Part shown: positions 63,110 to 64,000 of the stretch, piece after piece
Layout: every line of letters starts with the position of its first letter
Position numbering within the stretch: the first letter of the stretch is position 1
Origin: an uncultured Gemmatimonadales bacterium
Lineage (GTDB): Bacteria > Gemmatimonadota > Gemmatimonadetes > Gemmatimonadales > GWC2-71-9
NCBI GenBank assembly: GCA_963779755.1
Contig: CAVZZO010000001.1
Coordinates: forward strand, 320,001 to 384,000
Direction: 5' to 3'
Length of the DNA: 64,000 bases
Translations under genes and position numbers: made by a program
The notes under the pieces: generated by a model
Told to the model about the DNA's origin: nothing
Databases searched by the model: none
The model's input: only the letters and a program-made list of their open reading frames with translations

Positions 63110-63448
63110 TCAGACGGCGGGAGGGGCCCGGCTCTGCGTGGTGCGGATGGCGGCGGCCCGGGGGGGCAGCGGCGCCGGCTCCGCCTGGGGACGGGAAGCA
63201 AGCTCGGCCAGCGACTGGATGCCGGAGACGGACGCCCCCACCACCTGCGGCTGCATGGTGACCACACCGAGAACACAGTGCTCGGCGTGGTTGTGGCATC
63301 CTCCGGCGGGATCGTAGTGCGGCCGAAGCGGCTGCTGGTGGTCGGAGCCAAGATGATGGGCCAGCAGGTCAAATCCGGGCAGGCCGATGCCGCTCCCCAC
63401 AAACGCGGTGAGGAGAAGGAGGGCGGCCAACCTCTGGAAGCGACGCAT
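63110..63448 (-). CDS. Putative metal-sensing leader/arrest peptide 2 (112 aa, C-terminal SRAPP)
   Basis: Signal/TM segment, AHHLGSDH..PHY..GGCHNHAEHCVLG, QSRAPPAV-stop; paralogue of 56947-57297. Confidence 0.8.
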   Translation of the reverse strand: MRRFQRLAALLLLTAFVGSGIGLPGFDLLAHHLGSDHQQPLRPHYDPAGGCHNHAEHCVLGVVTMQPQVVGASVSGIQSLAELASRPQAEPAPLPPRAAAIRTTQSRAPPAV

Positions 63449-63557
63449 GGCGGAGCAATGTAGTAGAACGCCTGCGGGGCTTACAACCCGTTGCACGCCG
63501 GCAGGTGCGGAATGCTCCCGGCACTCAAGACCCGCGAGACATCGGTCGGCTGCCGGC

Positions 63558-63599
63558 TTGACGAGCCGTTCCATCGTTGTAGCTTCAATGTATCTACAT
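63558..63599 (+). promoter_or_regulatory. mazEF promoter and autoregulatory operator
   Basis: TTGACG-16 nt-TAGCTT; palindromes ATGTA-TC-TACAT (63588-63599) and TGTAG..CTACA. Confidence 0.6.
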
Positions 63600-63615
63600 A
63601 GACAGCAGGTTCAGG

Positions 63616-63855
63616 ATGTTAGCCCGTATTTCAAAGTGGGGAAACAGTTTAGCTGTGCGGATCCCCCGTGCCTTCGCCGCCGAGCTGGGCATTCAGGAGG
63701 GTGTGGAGGTGGAGATGTCCGTGGAGGACGGCCGCCTGGTGATCGCGCCGGCCCGGCCGGAGTACGGACTGGAAGAGCTGAGCGCCGGGATCACGCCGGA
63801 AAACCGCCACGATGAAACCGACTGGGGCCGCCCCACCGGTGGTGAGGTGTGGTGA
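63616..63855 (+). CDS. mazE: AbrB/MazE-family antitoxin
   Basis: KWGNSLAVRIP, LEEL.AGITPENRH.E.DWG.P.G.E.W. Confidence 0.95.
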   Translation: MLARISKWGNSLAVRIPRAFAAELGIQEGVEVEMSVEDGRLVIAPARPEYGLEELSAGITPENRHDETDWGRPTGGEVW

Positions 63856-64000
63856 CTCCCGACCGGGGAGACCTGGTATGGATCAGCACCGAGCCCCGGG
63901 ATGGGGGTCCCGTGTCCCGCCGACCCGCGCTGGTCGTTTCTCCGGCGCGGTATAATGAACGCTCCGGCCTGGCGCTTATGTGCGCCATCGCCAGCCGGGT
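63852..64000 (+). CDS. mazF: PemK/MazF-family toxin (partial, runs off the window)
   Basis: GTGA overlap; MTPDRGDLVWI..RRPALVVSP..YN..SGLALMCAIASR. Confidence 0.88.
   Translation, partial: MTPDRGDLVWISTEPRDGGPVSRRPALVVSPARYNERSGLALMCAIASR

Noticed and set aside
50185..64000. Metal cluster as a mobile island
   Set aside because: No integrase, transposase, tRNA target or flanking direct repeats in the window, and composition resembles core genes; the right flank is not visible

Overview
High-GC bacterial chromosome segment from a diderm (outer-membrane barrels, secretin, TolC); gene style suggests Gemmatimonadota (inference only). It is probably origin-proximal: mnmG, two parS sites, parA-parB, an M23 peptidase and a bactofilin. 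Left to right: polA 3' end, type IV pilin, MMPL, hydrolases, SufT-like, RNase D, ferredoxin, a frameshifted patatin-beta-barrel gene, MscS, Def, a sufR-sufBCDSU-bacilliredoxin operon, an ABC-2 exporter, a Tad/Flp pilus locus with a divergent methyltransferase/GT-C pair, the par region, queG/ndh, LOG-deoxyhypusine-synthase-like-MFS, then a ~13 kb metal-homeostasis cluster (csoR, copA, copZ; porin-SBP-permease; czcCBA-type RND) and a mazEF pair cut by the window end. Top finding: two paralogous ~115-aa ORFs each head a metal-transport operon. Both have an N-terminal signal/TM segment, a His/Cys cluster (HH..PH..GGCH..AExC.LG) and a C-terminal SRAPP ribosome-arrest-like motif; for one, the S-R-A codons can base-pair with the downstream Shine-Dalgarno region. 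This suggests a metal-sensing arrest-peptide switch analogous to CruR/CutF (DUF2946) but with a different ligand motif, apparently gating both an uptake and an efflux operon. No rRNA, tRNA, CRISPR array or transposase was recognised. All calls come from reading motifs by eye; no searches were run.
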